A stretch of 36,605 nt of DNA from Pseudomonadota bacterium (GTDB taxonomy: Bacteria; Bdellovibrionota; FAC87; UBA2466), in assembly GCA_043718025.1 (NCBI GenBank), contig JAYSWN010000066.1, positions 1-36,605 on the forward strand, in the 5' to 3' direction. The notes below the pieces were generated by a model, which ran no database searches, was not told the DNA's origin, and worked only from the letters and a program-made list of their open reading frames with translations. The position numbers and the translations under genes are program-made. Below are positions 1 to 9,846 of this stretch, piece by piece. Positions within the stretch are counted from its first letter, which is position 1, and each line of letters opens with the position of its first letter.

Positions 1-227
1 GTGTTAACGGCGAGTATTTCTTGCGCCTGCTAAGAGCCCCATCCAAAGCACCTCTCAGGGCTTCAAATTAAACCGGACAGCAGTGTATCCGTTACATATC
101 AAGCCGCCCCTTTTTTCCAGCGACAAGAACCCACTGAAGCCGCAACAAAAATACAGTATTCTCTTAAATCGGCTTGGGAATACGTTGATTTAAACTGAAA
201 GGCTACGTGAAGATGAGAGGCGTGCTC

Positions 228-1673
228 ATGCGAAAAGACATCTTTTTCATTCTAAATCTCCTACTTTTCGGATTTTCCGCTTTTGCTTTGGCCGACGCTG
301 AACACGTTGAGGCCTTCGCCCGGTGCCGGAAAGCCCTCCTGGCCATGGGGGGCGACCCCTTAGTGGTCGCCGTCTATGAGGAATTGCATAATGACCCTCA
401 CGATCAAAACCGTCGGGATCGGCTTTTGCAAAATGCCGCCGATGCGAACTACCTGTTAGGAGTCGAAGGTGTTGTCTACGGACAGCTTGGCGAACTGAGG
501 ATTATCGGAAGAGACTCGAGAAGCGTTTCGGCGGGAACCGTGGAGTCAGGTATCTTGGGACTTGAGAGAGATGCTGAATTTAACCTGACGTCGGCGGTCA
601 CCAATTCCATCGTCATTGCTGAAGACATCGGTCGGCTGAAGATCCAAATCGCCAAAAAAATGCCGATGTCCATAGTCTTGGAGACGGCGAAAGAGTATTT
701 CAATACGCAGTCGATGTTTGCGGCGAAGATCTTGAATTCGCCCGAGGGACAAGCCAGCTGGAAAAAGATGAGACAGACCACCTCTCTACTTCATCCCGCG
801 ACCGAAGGCATTGCGAGAGAGATCGATTTGGCCCTGGCGAATGTGGATGAATTGGGCCACGGCGATTTTTCTAAAATTCATCCGGGTGAGGGTTCCTGGA
901 AAGACCCCAGGGCAGTAATTGAGATCTCCCGCACCTTCGCTCTCGCTGTAATCGCAGACATGAGGGCGAAACATCGCGACCCCAAAATGGATGATCGGCT
1001 CAACGTTGCCATCCAAGCTCTCGACGATCCACAAGGTGCCGGCGCTGATTTTCTACATTCAACGGCGCTTAGACTACGCAGTAACGCCTTCGCGATCAAT
1101 GCCGCCAAGATCATAGAAGCCGCCTCAGGAGAGGGCAAGGAAGTCAAATTGATCATGGGCGAGGCGCACGGCCCTCAGGTTGATGAAATCTTACTGGATG
1201 AATTAGGGGATCTGATCAGCCTTCGCAAGGCTCGGTCGAACAGTCCAGACGCAGATCCTTTTAGAGATTCAAAGCAAGTGGAATGGAACAAAATTCAGTT
1301 GCTAAAAACGCAAATCGCCGGTGCTCAGAGTGAAGAGGTCAGAAGAACTGGCAGCTACCAGATTCAATTGGCCCAGGTCCGGGTAGGGTATATGGAAACT
1401 ATGCAAAGAGTTCTTCCCAATGCGGAAGCCATCATAGGAAAACCCCGCACAATGCAACACGGGAAGGAAATCATGAGAGCCTGCGGGATAGGAGTCGGAG
1501 AAATTGGTGCAGATGGTGTGACTCCCGCAAGATTGGGAAATTACACCGACCAACAGAGGCAACTCCAAGAACAATCCCTAATAAAGGCCGGACTTTCGCC
1601 CAAGGAAACCCAAGATCTCATTAAGGCCAATTTAATTGGAGCCAAGGTAGAGCAATTATTCGACCCAAAATAG
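228..1673 (+). CDS. Secreted hypothetical protein (~481 aa)
   Basis: Long ORF (track 207..1673). ATG at 228 follows GAGAGG and opens a Sec-type signal peptide (MRKDIFFILNLLLFGFSAFALA). No family recognised. Confidence 0.8.
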   Translation: MRKDIFFILNLLLFGFSAFALADAEHVEAFARCRKALLAMGGDPLVVAVYEELHNDPHDQNRRDRLLQNAADANYLLGVEGVVYGQLGELRIIGRDSRSVSAGTVESGILGLERDAEFNLTSAVTNSIVIAEDIGRLKIQIAKKMPMSIVLETAKEYFNTQSMFAAKILNSPEGQASWKKMRQTTSLLHPATEGIAREIDLALANVDELGHGDFSKIHPGEGSWKDPRAVIEISRTFALAVIADMRAKHRDPKMDDRLNVAIQALDDPQGAGADFLHSTALRLRSNAFAINAAKIIEAASGEGKEVKLIMGEAHGPQVDEILLDELGDLISLRKARSNSPDADPFRDSKQVEWNKIQLLKTQIAGAQSEEVRRTGSYQIQLAQVRVGYMETMQRVLPNAEAIIGKPRTMQHGKEIMRACGIGVGEIGADGVTPARLGNYTDQQRQLQEQSLIKAGLSPKETQDLIKANLIGAKVEQLFDPK

Positions 1674-1778
1674 GGTGACCATTTTTTGACTCTCGTTTTT
1701 CGTTAACGGAAAGTCGGCGAGTGGCTTGCCACGCTATTTTTCGCGCTGGATAGTTCCTCACATTAAGAGGAGTTTAAA

Positions 1779-2021
1779 ATGAATAGGTTAGCGTTTTTAG
1801 GGATTCTGACTTTGGCCGCCAATGCGGTAGCCACTATGCCCTTTACCACCACGGAGGCTCAAAAGATTCTTAGCCCTAGAGCTCCTGGAATTTCCATCGG
1901 ATTCAAGAACGTACCGTGCTTGTTTTTAGTGCAAGTAACCGAGAAGGGCGATGAGTTCACGCCATCTTGGGAAGTCACCAGCGTCGATTTCTCGGCCTGT
2001 CCTTCGGCTCAATCTTTTTAA
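1779..2021 (+). CDS. Small secreted protein (80 aa, two Cys)
   Basis: Strong RBS AAGAGGAG before the ATG; signal peptide MNRLAFLGILTLAANAVA. Confidence 0.7.
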   Translation: MNRLAFLGILTLAANAVATMPFTTTEAQKILSPRAPGISIGFKNVPCLFLVQVTEKGDEFTPSWEVTSVDFSACPSAQSF

Positions 2022-2066
2022 CGCACGGCAGATTGCCTGCCGCCCGTAATTTGGGAAGGGTGAGGC

Positions 2067-2432
2067 ATGGGCAAAAGTGTGCGTGGTTTTACTTTCATTG
2101 TATTTACCGTTTCGGGGCTGGCCATTGCCGAATCGAACTATAGCTGCGTTCTCGATGCCGGTGGCCACGAACGCAAGATTTCGGTGTCGCTGCGGGAAGA
2201 GGTTCTTCAGATGACTGTGAACCTCGATCAGGGGCAGACCATTCGCGCCTCAGTCACCGAGACCACCGACCATGCTTCGGGGAACCGATTCTATTTTTGT
2301 GACACCGGGGGCTTCACTTATAAATATGAGATCGGGCTCACCGTTTTGCGAGACACAAAGCAAGCGCGCCTGACCTTGAAACAGGGTGCTCACTCTTTTC
2401 AGTGTCAGTTAGCCTATCATTCTCTGCCTTGA
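2067..2432 (+). CDS. Small secreted beta-rich protein (121 aa)
   Basis: GGGTGAGG upstream; hydrophobic N-terminus ending AIA; YSC...FQC cysteines flank a beta-strand-like core. Confidence 0.7.
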   Translation: MGKSVRGFTFIVFTVSGLAIAESNYSCVLDAGGHERKISVSLREEVLQMTVNLDQGQTIRASVTETTDHASGNRFYFCDTGGFTYKYEIGLTVLRDTKQARLTLKQGAHSFQCQLAYHSLP

Positions 2433-2500
2433 GACTTTTCCGCTTTAGCGGGATACATTCACACCCGGCACTTTTCCGGCCGGAAAGTGGATGGGCACCT

Positions 2501-2926
2501 TTAAGGCAATCCGCGCGTTAGGCTCCATTCCAACTCCCAGTAGGCCATTTCAATTTTATACCAACCCAACCGCACTTTATAATTGGCGTGAGTCGAAAGT
2601 TGACTAGAAAACTGTTGCTTCAGCGCACTGAAGTCGCGGGTCAACTGCCGAATTCGTGGTTTACATCCATCAAACCCCGACCACAAAGATCCCCTTAAAT
2701 TTTGAATTGAATTGTCTAGAGATTCAAGCCCACGAATTAAACTATCCACCGAACCGTCGTTTAGGTTGCCGACGCTTTGCCGGTATTTTTGAATTTCTTC
2801 GCTCATTCGGTCAATATTTGGCGAAATTTCATTTGGTTTGAAATATCCCCCGTGTTCAGCGGTCGCTGTCACCGAGAGAAAAAAGGCCAAGCTACTTAGG
2901 ACAACGATTGAGTTTAAAGTTTTCAT
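2501..2926 (-). CDS. Secreted helical hypothetical protein (141 aa)
   Basis: Signal peptide MKTLNSIVVLSSLAFFLSVTATA; ATGA overlap with the stop of 2923..6639 (translational coupling). Confidence 0.8.
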   Translation of the reverse strand: MKTLNSIVVLSSLAFFLSVTATAEHGGYFKPNEISPNIDRMSEEIQKYRQSVGNLNDGSVDSLIRGLESLDNSIQNLRGSLWSGFDGCKPRIRQLTRDFSALKQQFSSQLSTHANYKVRLGWYKIEMAYWELEWSLTRGLP

Positions 2927-5900
2927 GGAGTCACCACCACCGGAGCTGAGACCACTTGGTCAAAGACAAGCTGGCCAGCCTTGTTTTTTAGCTGAACGCG
3001 AATCACGCACTTATCAAGCCCCTCACGGCGGATCGCCGTAAGGAAAAATAGCTTTCGCTTCGACCCGTCGATGGTCAAGTCCAGTGGAACAAACGGTTTC
3101 CCTGAAACCCCGCCCCCCCAATCTAACTTTATCGGGCCGGCTACCGTCGTCTCTAGCGAGACGGTAAGGTCATTGAGCAGAGCCTTATCCCCCAGAGAAC
3201 GCACCAGGATCGCGTTCTGATAACCTGATCCGTCACCGGTGGTGCGCACAAAAAGCCCCTTCTTGGGGTTAGTAGCGTCGGTAAAGGTCACGTTATAGGG
3301 AGCGTATATTGCCTCCTGTACTTTTAATTCAGCGACCACTACGCCGCGAAGCAGAATTTTCGCCTGCAGTGCAACTTCTCCGGCGGGTTGGATCACCCCG
3401 GAGAGAAGATTAGTAATGTCTACTCGGTTGTTTTTTTCAATCTCCCCCAAAACCACGGTAGACTTTTTCAGTTGAATCCCACGAACGCTCGTCGGATCCA
3501 CTTGAACCACTAAGTCTCCCTTTTCTGCGCGAACGCCGCCAAAATTTCGAATCGAAGCCGATAAGGAGACTCTCTCGCCAATCTGAAATTTGCCATCCGC
3601 GTCGCCGTCTTTCAGCTTTTGCGTTTCAACTAAATACGAAAGCTTCACGTTATTGGTGTAGTCGCTTTCAGCATCCATGCGCCCATTTTGCAGCGCCAGC
3701 GTTTTGGCGGCCTCCCCATTTTTGGCGTAGCCTTCTTTGTCGCCGGCCATTCGACCGCGTTCTCTCGCTGTGGCTTCGCCCGCGGCTTGCCCTTTGGCAA
3801 AACCGGCCACCTTTCCAGCGTTATAGCCCAGCCCCTCGTAAACACCGAGCTGTGCCCCTTTTTGCGTGCCGCGCTCCGCGTCCGCGGTATAGAGGGCTTC
3901 CAGAGCGGCCTTTTTGGCGGCGTTGTAAGCCGTGCTGTGGGCCAGCACAAATACTTGCCGGTAAGACTCTTGGTAAGCCGCTAAGTACGATTTTAGGTAC
4001 GCTTCGTCATAGGCCAGGCGATAGGCCTTCACAAAATCTGGATGATCGTAAATATCTTTATACTGACGATATAGATTGCTGAGTCTTGGCACGCGATCGG
4101 CAGTAATTTCCCCTAAGCTATTGGCAGCCACGGCATCTGGTATCCACCAAGCGCCAAATTTAGCGCTGATGACGGCAACCGGTTCTGCCTCAGGATCCAT
4201 CGGCTTCACTTCACTGGGGTCAGACCCTCTAATCTCGCTTTCGCGCTGCTTGCGGCCCACGGGCCGGTGGGTGGCATCAAACTCTCGGAAGATGCGATTT
4301 TTTCCGTCGTCATAGCCCTTGGTAAATCCCTCGGCTTCTATTTGCGCATTGTCTCCCACTTTCAAGCCATCTTTTTCACCTTCACCCTTCCCGCGATTTT
4401 CTCCAGTGCTAAACGCCGACATCAGAGTAGCGTCTGCTTGTCGGGCGGCTTTTTGCTCCGGAGTTTCTTTAGACCCCAGTGCCAAGATTTGGGTGAGGGC
4501 AGGGGCTTGTGCCTCAGCAAATGCCTTAGCAAATTCTCTATTCTTACCTTCAGACTCGCCTTCGGTTTTGCCTAAATCGGACCCTGCACTCGTTCCGGGT
4601 TGCCGGCCATCAACGCTTCCGCGTTCCGTTCCTTCTCTGTTCCCCTGCGGATTCGCATCGGCAATGGCTTCGATTGCGGCGGCGCTTTTTTGGGCATTGT
4701 AGGCGGCTACTCTCTTTCCAAATTCTCGTAGCGCCGTTTCAGAAACTACTTGAGTCTCTTTCGCCTCTTCATCGGCAACTTTCGAGTTTGCGGCGGCCAT
4801 TTTTTCAATCAGCACTGCCTCGTCAACGCGCTTCTGCTGAACCTCAAAATAGGCAGCCACCGTTAGGCCGCCAGACTTGGTTGCCACGTAGGTTTCGCGC
4901 AATTTTATGGTCGACGCGCTTGATTGATTTTCGGCGTCTAAGCCCGCATAGGTTTTCTTATCGCGGGCTTGGTCAGCGGTAAGGGCTGAGACTGCGGCTT
5001 CGGCTTGTCGGAATTCAGCTTGTTTCACCCCCGCAACCCTATCGGCTTCAGTGGCGGCGATCTGCTTTTGCTTTTTTTGTAAATCCAGTCGGTTGGCATT
5101 GGCGAGTCGCACGCGAATAGTTTCGTCCAGAGTTGCCTTTGACGTGGTGAGCGAGGCCAGCTCCTGGGTGTTGTTAGGCAAAGCTTCGGTTTTGAAAATG
5201 CGAAGCGCAGCGTTGGCGGCTGAAATCAAATTATCTAGGTAAGGGCGACGATTTCTCAGATATTCAAGTTCGTTGCCGGTCGATTCAGCTTGGTTTGCCA
5301 ATTCCTGTAATCGACTATCCGATGCCGCCACCGCCGCTTCGGTGACAGGAAGTTGAGAAACTTTTAAACCGCAGTCTCGTTGAGCCACGGCCAGCTCCCC
5401 AGTTTTGGCTTGTTTCTCCCGCGCCATCCGCCCCACCTCTTGAACTGCTTCCATTTCGATTTCTTTGGCATTGCCCGATTTCTGCTCCAATTCCAGAACC
5501 CTGATTTTTAATTCGGCGCGCTGGCCCGGGATTTCGAGTTGCTTATCGCTATCTTGCTTGAGCTCGCCCTTGAGTTTATTTAAGTTTCTGGCCTGTGCTG
5601 TCTCATCTTCTTGAAGTTCTTTGAGGCGCGCTTCGAGCGGCGCTTTATCGGCAGCGTCTCTTAGGGCCGCTTGAATCACGGCGATCTGGTTGCGGGTTTC
5701 TTCCCATTCTGATTTGGATGCGGCAATGGCCGGTCGAAGTAAGGCCACCGAATCTTCAAGGCGCTGTTTTTCAATATCTAAAGCAAGGAGACTTCGGTTG
5801 GCGTCACGATTTTGAATTTTGAGATCGGCCGAAGTGGCCTTTGCCGATTCAACCGTTTGGTTGGCTTTTTCAATCCCTGTCGCCAATCTCTGGAGATGGC

Positions 5901-6639
5901 CCTCCAGCTCCGCCACCTGACGAGTGAGAGTATCTATCTCGGCCTTTAAGCCTAATTTTGCTTTTTGGGCGACGGCCAAATCGCTTTCCGCCTCGGCACA
6001 CTGTTTCTGAAGGCCACGCAAAATGTCTTGCAGCTGAGCAATGCGATCGCGCAGACCGGCCTGCTCATCTTCGTAAATTTCTTTGCGGGCGCTGATTTGA
6101 CGCTGTTCTGCTTCAAGGCGGTCAGCTTCGGCTCCGGTTTCGATGATCTGCCTTCGCACCGTTGCCAAATCGCTTCGTGCTTGCTCGAGTGTTTCAGAGT
6201 TTATCGAGACCTCTGCTTCAAGTTGAGCCAGTTCCTGCCGCTGCAAGACCGCTTGATTCGAGGCCTCCACTGACACCGCGGCGGCCGCCTTGCTGGTGCG
6301 ATCGGCCACGGTGAGTTCGGCGGCCAGTCGTTCTAAATTGATTTTGAGCAGAGTGCGCGTGGCTTCGTTCTTGGCGATGCGATCCCGCAATGATTGAATT
6401 TCGTTCGTGATGGTCAGCGCTTCATTTCGGTCGCGTTCGGCGTCGGTGCGGCCCAGAGCTTTTTCTCGTAGCGATGACTGTTTTTCGTTCGCCACAATTC
6501 GACTGTTTTCCGCGTGGCCAGCGGCCAGTTTAGCCTTTATCTCGTAGAGGTCTTTGTCGACCTCATCAGGAATGCTGGCGAAAGTGGGATGGAGAAGAAG
6601 ACAGGCGAGAACAGCGCTGACGCGAAGACTGAAAAGCAT
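2923..6639 (-). CDS. Large secreted protein: long coiled coil, GxxxG/YxxxY helical repeats, C-terminal Ig/CARDB-like beta domains
   Basis: 1238-aa ORF. Signal peptide; ~600 aa of A/E/K/Q/L heptad-like sequence; GNREGTERGSVDG... and AYRLAYDEAYLKSY repeats; DGDADGKFQIGERVSLSASIRNFGG near the C-terminus. Confidence 0.85.
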   Translation of the reverse strand: MLFSLRVSAVLACLLLHPTFASIPDEVDKDLYEIKAKLAAGHAENSRIVANEKQSSLREKALGRTDAERDRNEALTITNEIQSLRDRIAKNEATRTLLKINLERLAAELTVADRTSKAAAAVSVEASNQAVLQRQELAQLEAEVSINSETLEQARSDLATVRRQIIETGAEADRLEAEQRQISARKEIYEDEQAGLRDRIAQLQDILRGLQKQCAEAESDLAVAQKAKLGLKAEIDTLTRQVAELEGHLQRLATGIEKANQTVESAKATSADLKIQNRDANRSLLALDIEKQRLEDSVALLRPAIAASKSEWEETRNQIAVIQAALRDAADKAPLEARLKELQEDETAQARNLNKLKGELKQDSDKQLEIPGQRAELKIRVLELEQKSGNAKEIEMEAVQEVGRMAREKQAKTGELAVAQRDCGLKVSQLPVTEAAVAASDSRLQELANQAESTGNELEYLRNRRPYLDNLISAANAALRIFKTEALPNNTQELASLTTSKATLDETIRVRLANANRLDLQKKQKQIAATEADRVAGVKQAEFRQAEAAVSALTADQARDKKTYAGLDAENQSSASTIKLRETYVATKSGGLTVAAYFEVQQKRVDEAVLIEKMAAANSKVADEEAKETQVVSETALREFGKRVAAYNAQKSAAAIEAIADANPQGNREGTERGSVDGRQPGTSAGSDLGKTEGESEGKNREFAKAFAEAQAPALTQILALGSKETPEQKAARQADATLMSAFSTGENRGKGEGEKDGLKVGDNAQIEAEGFTKGYDDGKNRIFREFDATHRPVGRKQRESEIRGSDPSEVKPMDPEAEPVAVISAKFGAWWIPDAVAANSLGEITADRVPRLSNLYRQYKDIYDHPDFVKAYRLAYDEAYLKSYLAAYQESYRQVFVLAHSTAYNAAKKAALEALYTADAERGTQKGAQLGVYEGLGYNAGKVAGFAKGQAAGEATARERGRMAGDKEGYAKNGEAAKTLALQNGRMDAESDYTNNVKLSYLVETQKLKDGDADGKFQIGERVSLSASIRNFGGVRAEKGDLVVQVDPTSVRGIQLKKSTVVLGEIEKNNRVDITNLLSGVIQPAGEVALQAKILLRGVVVAELKVQEAIYAPYNVTFTDATNPKKGLFVRTTGDGSGYQNAILVRSLGDKALLNDLTVSLETTVAGPIKLDWGGGVSGKPFVPLDLTIDGSKRKLFFLTAIRREGLDKCVIRVQLKNKAGQLVFDQVVSAPVVVTP

Positions 6640-6844
6640 GAACCCCCCAACGATGGATTCGTCGTTTTTTTAAGGGCCGCCAAGCGAATTGCCGACCCTC
6701 TGTATCGACGACTACCGGAACGGCGCGCGGAGTCAATAGCCATCGGGTAACCCTGCTTATCTACAGGGGTATCCATGGGTTTAATTGGAGTGGGTTTAGA
6801 AATGATCAGTGAATTCGAAATCACTCGCCGGTGAAGCCGGTTTG

Positions 6845-6876
6845 AAGAAAGGCCCGTCGCCAGCGAACGACGGGCC
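6845..6876 (-). terminator. Rho-independent terminator of the 6895..7365 lipoprotein gene
   Basis: Stem GGCCCGTCG/CGACGGGCC (6851-6876), followed on the minus strand by TTTCTT. Confidence 0.7.
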
Positions 6877-6894
6877 AAATTGGGCTAGTGGTAA

Positions 6895-7365
6895 CTATTT
6901 GCTGCGATTCAAAGTGATGTTCTCACCATCCTTAGTGAGGGTTAGTAAATTGCCGTTGACCTTGTACGCCATTTTTTCGCGCTTGATTGAGGCCGAACAG
7001 CTCGCCGTTCCGACTTTCTCGGTCTTATTTGCGTCCTCGGTGGTCTCGATGATCGTGTCGGTAACATTCGCACGGGCCGAAACCGAGGCGGTAACCCTGG
7101 CGCCATCGTTAGACATGCAGTTGACGAGAAGACTCAGTCGATCTTGAGAAATATTGATTTTGAAATCGAAGATGATTCCAGATGCCTGGTCAGTGATTTT
7201 TGGAAAATCCCAACTGCCGTACGCTCCAGATTGGTTTGAAGCACCACCCGCGCTACCTCCGTTACTTGCCCCTCCATTGTTGGAACCTACTTTTTCGCCT
7301 TCTTTTCCGCAGGCCGTAATGATCAGAGCCAACGCTATTGCTACAACACCAATTTGCTTTTTCAT
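6895..7365 (-). CDS. Lipoprotein, small beta-barrel/lipocalin-like (156 aa)
   Basis: Lipobox-like IITAC after a hydrophobic stretch; Gly/Ser/Asn linker; AYGSWDF and a beta-strand pattern; AAGGA upstream. Confidence 0.8.
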   Translation of the reverse strand: MKKQIGVVAIALALIITACGKEGEKVGSNNGGASNGGSAGGASNQSGAYGSWDFPKITDQASGIIFDFKINISQDRLSLLVNCMSNDGARVTASVSARANVTDTIIETTEDANKTEKVGTASCSASIKREKMAYKVNGNLLTLTKDGENITLNRSK

Positions 7366-7414
7366 TTTTTACATCCTTATAGTTTTTGCCTTTCGGCGAT
7401 CTGTCCGCGGGTAG

Positions 7415-7430
7415 AGCAAGTAGTCTGCCA
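7415..7430 (-). promoter_or_regulatory. Sigma-54 (-24/-12) promoter
   Basis: Minus strand reads TGGCAG-ACTAC-TTGCT (consensus TGGCAC-N5-TTGC), ~50 bp upstream of ATG 7365. Confidence 0.7.
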
Positions 7431-7564
7431 AATACTTTTTTGGCCATTTAGGCTCAGTGGCTAACCAATTACAGATAAGGCCTGACCGATGAGTCATGAC
7501 GCCTGCCATTTTTGACAGCGAAATAATAGTTAAGTTTCGGCGGTTTTTTACCGATTTCTGCCGT

Positions 7565-8932
7565 ATGGCCTCGGTGTTTCAAAAGAGAAAATTCCCAAAG
7601 CTATTCCTCATGCTGGCAATGACGCAGCTCGTTGGCTGCGAAGTCTCGTCGCGAAGCTCTGGTATCACTCTGACAAAACTGGTTACGGCTAACCAAACTG
7701 CCTGCGCCATGACCAGCGACGGAAAAATTAGATGCTGGGGTTACAATGCCGTTGGGCAACTGGGGCGTGGTGACACCGAAAATCAAGGCGATGGGCCTGG
7801 GGAAATGGGAACTTCGCTAACGCTAGTGGACTTAGGCAGCCAATCAGCCGTCATCGATTTTGAAGGCATGCAATTTCACTTTTGCGCGCTTTTTTCAAAC
7901 CGTAAATTGAAGTGCTGGGGGCAAAATCTTTTTGGGCAGTTAGGACTGGGCGATATTTTACACCGAGGGGATCAGCCGGGGGAAATGGGAGATAACCTTC
8001 CGTTCATCGATCTTGGCACGGGAAGAACCGTTAAAAAATTTTCAACCGGCACTTATCATGTCTGTGCCATTCTCGATAACAACGCCCTGAAATGCTGGGG
8101 CGACAATCGGTTTGGCGCGCTAGGCCTTGGGGATAATAATTGGCGTGGCGACGCACCAAATGAAATGGGCGACAATTTGCCGGCCGTCGACTTAGGAACC
8201 GGCCGCACGGCGGTAGAGGTGTATGCGGAAGCCCTCGGAACCTGCGCGTTACTTGATAACGGTGCCTTAAAGTGTTGGGGCAACAACACCAATGGAGAGC
8301 TGGGTTTAGGCGATACCGTTCAGCGCGGCCGGAATCCGGGAGAGATGGGCGACAGTTTACCCGCCTTAGCGCTGGGCACGGGCAAGAGCATCGCCAAAGT
8401 GTCCTGTAGTATTTTTGGATGTTGCGCCCTGCTAAATGACGGCAAAGTGAAGTGCTGGGGTTTAAATGATCAAGGTCAGTTAGGCCAGGGTGATACCACC
8501 AATCGCGGAAGCGCCGCGGGTCAAATGGGTGATTCACTCCTGCCCATCAGTTTCGGTACCACTTCTGCAGTGAAGCAGATCACGGCGGGAGGCACCCACT
8601 CGTGCGCCGCATTTGAAAGCGGCAAAGTTCGGTGCTGGGGCTACAACGCGGCAGGACGATTGGGACTCGGCGACTCTATAAACCGCGGTCATTCAGCGGC
8701 GTATCCCGTCTCGGGCACCCCCTTTATTGATTTTGGTGTGTCGACTCAACTTGAGAGTCTGAGCCTAGGAGTTCATTTCAGCTGTGCCACCTTAACTGTG
8801 ATTTCGACCAAAAAAGTAAAATGCTGGGGACAGAATGCTGAAGGAGAATTGGGCATGGGCGACGTAGACCATCGCGGTGATTCTCCCGACGAAACCATCG
8901 CGCAACTTCCCTTCCTTGAGCTAGGTCTTTAG
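7565..8932 (+). CDS. RCC1/BLIP-II-repeat beta-propeller lipoprotein
   Basis: Seven [K/R]CWGxN..G.LG.GD repeats of ~60 aa with a GEMGDxLP insertion. Lipobox LVGC if started at ATG 7565 (track start 7496). Confidence 0.9.
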   Translation: MASVFQKRKFPKLFLMLAMTQLVGCEVSSRSSGITLTKLVTANQTACAMTSDGKIRCWGYNAVGQLGRGDTENQGDGPGEMGTSLTLVDLGSQSAVIDFEGMQFHFCALFSNRKLKCWGQNLFGQLGLGDILHRGDQPGEMGDNLPFIDLGTGRTVKKFSTGTYHVCAILDNNALKCWGDNRFGALGLGDNNWRGDAPNEMGDNLPAVDLGTGRTAVEVYAEALGTCALLDNGALKCWGNNTNGELGLGDTVQRGRNPGEMGDSLPALALGTGKSIAKVSCSIFGCCALLNDGKVKCWGLNDQGQLGQGDTTNRGSAAGQMGDSLLPISFGTTSAVKQITAGGTHSCAAFESGKVRCWGYNAAGRLGLGDSINRGHSAAYPVSGTPFIDFGVSTQLESLSLGVHFSCATLTVISTKKVKCWGQNAEGELGMGDVDHRGDSPDETIAQLPFLELGL

Positions 8933-8955
8933 AAGGCTTGGCTTGTCCGTAAGGG

Positions 8956-9489
8956 CTAAAGTCTGCCACCCTCTTTTTTGTAGAGTTCAATGGCAGCTTG
9001 AATTACTTCAATTGCCTCCCGGTAACCGAGAAAATCATTTACCACCACGGTCTTCATTTCGAGGCTCTTGTATTCTTCGAAAAACCGTTTCACTTCCTTC
9101 ATGCGATGGGGAGGTAACTGATCCATCGAGCGGTAATGCGCAAACTCGGGATCGTCGCAATGAACGGCAATTATCTTATCGTCGGCCTCCCCTTGATCCA
9201 CCATCTTCATCACTCCTATCGCCCGTGCCCGTAAAAGGGAGAGCGGCACCGTAGGCTCTTGCCCCAGCACCAAAATATCAAGCGGGTCGTGGTCGTCGCA
9301 AAGAGTTTTAGGAATGAAGCCGTAGTTCGCGGGGTAGTGCATAGAACTGAACAAAACCCGGTCCACCTTAATAAGGCCGCTCGCCTTATCAAGCTCATAC
9401 TTGATCTTCGACCCTTTAGGCACTTCGATGATCGCCGTGATCACTTCGGGGGATTGCGTTCCAATTTCAACATCGTGCCAGGGGTGCAT
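8956..9489 (-). CDS. ppa: Family I soluble inorganic pyrophosphatase
   Basis: [33 protein letters not shown] and [12 protein letters not shown] motifs; GGAGG RBS before ATG 9489. Confidence 0.96.
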   Translation of the reverse strand: MHPWHDVEIGTQSPEVITAIIEVPKGSKIKYELDKASGLIKVDRVLFSSMHYPANYGFIPKTLCDDHDPLDILVLGQEPTVPLSLLRARAIGVMKMVDQGEADDKIIAVHCDDPEFAHYRSMDQLPPHRMKEVKRFFEEYKSLEMKTVVVNDFLGYREAIEVIQAAIELYKKEGGRL

Positions 9490-9561
9490 TGTGCCTCCAA
9501 TTTCAACGTGTAGAAATAGCGCGTTAAATTGGGTTTGAAAAAACAATTGCGCACAATATCT

Positions 9562-9846
9562 TTAAATTTGCTCAGTCGGGAAATTCAAGGGGTTGCCAGA
9601 GGTTCTACGATTTCTATAAGCCTCGGCCCGCGCAATGCTCTCTTTGTAACGCATTCGTACTTTGGTGGAGAGATGAAACCACGCTACGACCAGAAACACG
9701 GCGGCGGGTAGATGGTAAAAAACCATCATGTCGGGATGGTGGAATACTCTTTTTGAAATAATTCCCGCGGCAATAAAAATGGCCCACAGGCTTAAGAAAA
9801 CCCAACCTTTGGTACGGTACGCTTTGTCTGTCGTTTGATTAGCCAT
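9562..9846 (-). CDS. Small two-TM membrane protein (94 aa)
   Basis: Two hydrophobic helices separated by HHPDMMVFYH; overlaps the upstream gene of the same operon. Confidence 0.7.
   Translation of the reverse strand: MANQTTDKAYRTKGWVFLSLWAIFIAAGIISKRVFHHPDMMVFYHLPAAVFLVVAWFHLSTKVRMRYKESIARAEAYRNRRTSGNPLNFPTEQI

Noticed and set aside
3..71. Possible 3' end of an upstream plus-strand CDS (VNGEYFLRLLRAPSKAPLRASN*)
   Set aside because: Too short to support or identify within this window.
2469..2489. Imperfect hairpin CACTTTTCC-GGCC-GGAAAGTG between convergent genes
   Set aside because: Possible terminator, but there is no U-tract on either strand; not called.
3645..6273. Many 60-130-aa ORFs antisense to or out of frame within the 1238-aa gene, and similar ones across the window
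   Set aside because: Shadow ORFs of long coding sequences, with no RBS, motif or protein-like composition.
7730..8890. Recurrent DNA repeats (tgctgggg, gaaatgggcgac) as a CRISPR or tandem array; RGD tripeptides as integrin ligands
   Set aside because: They are the coding RCC1 repeats; RGD is part of the repeat consensus and there is no evidence of a eukaryotic target.
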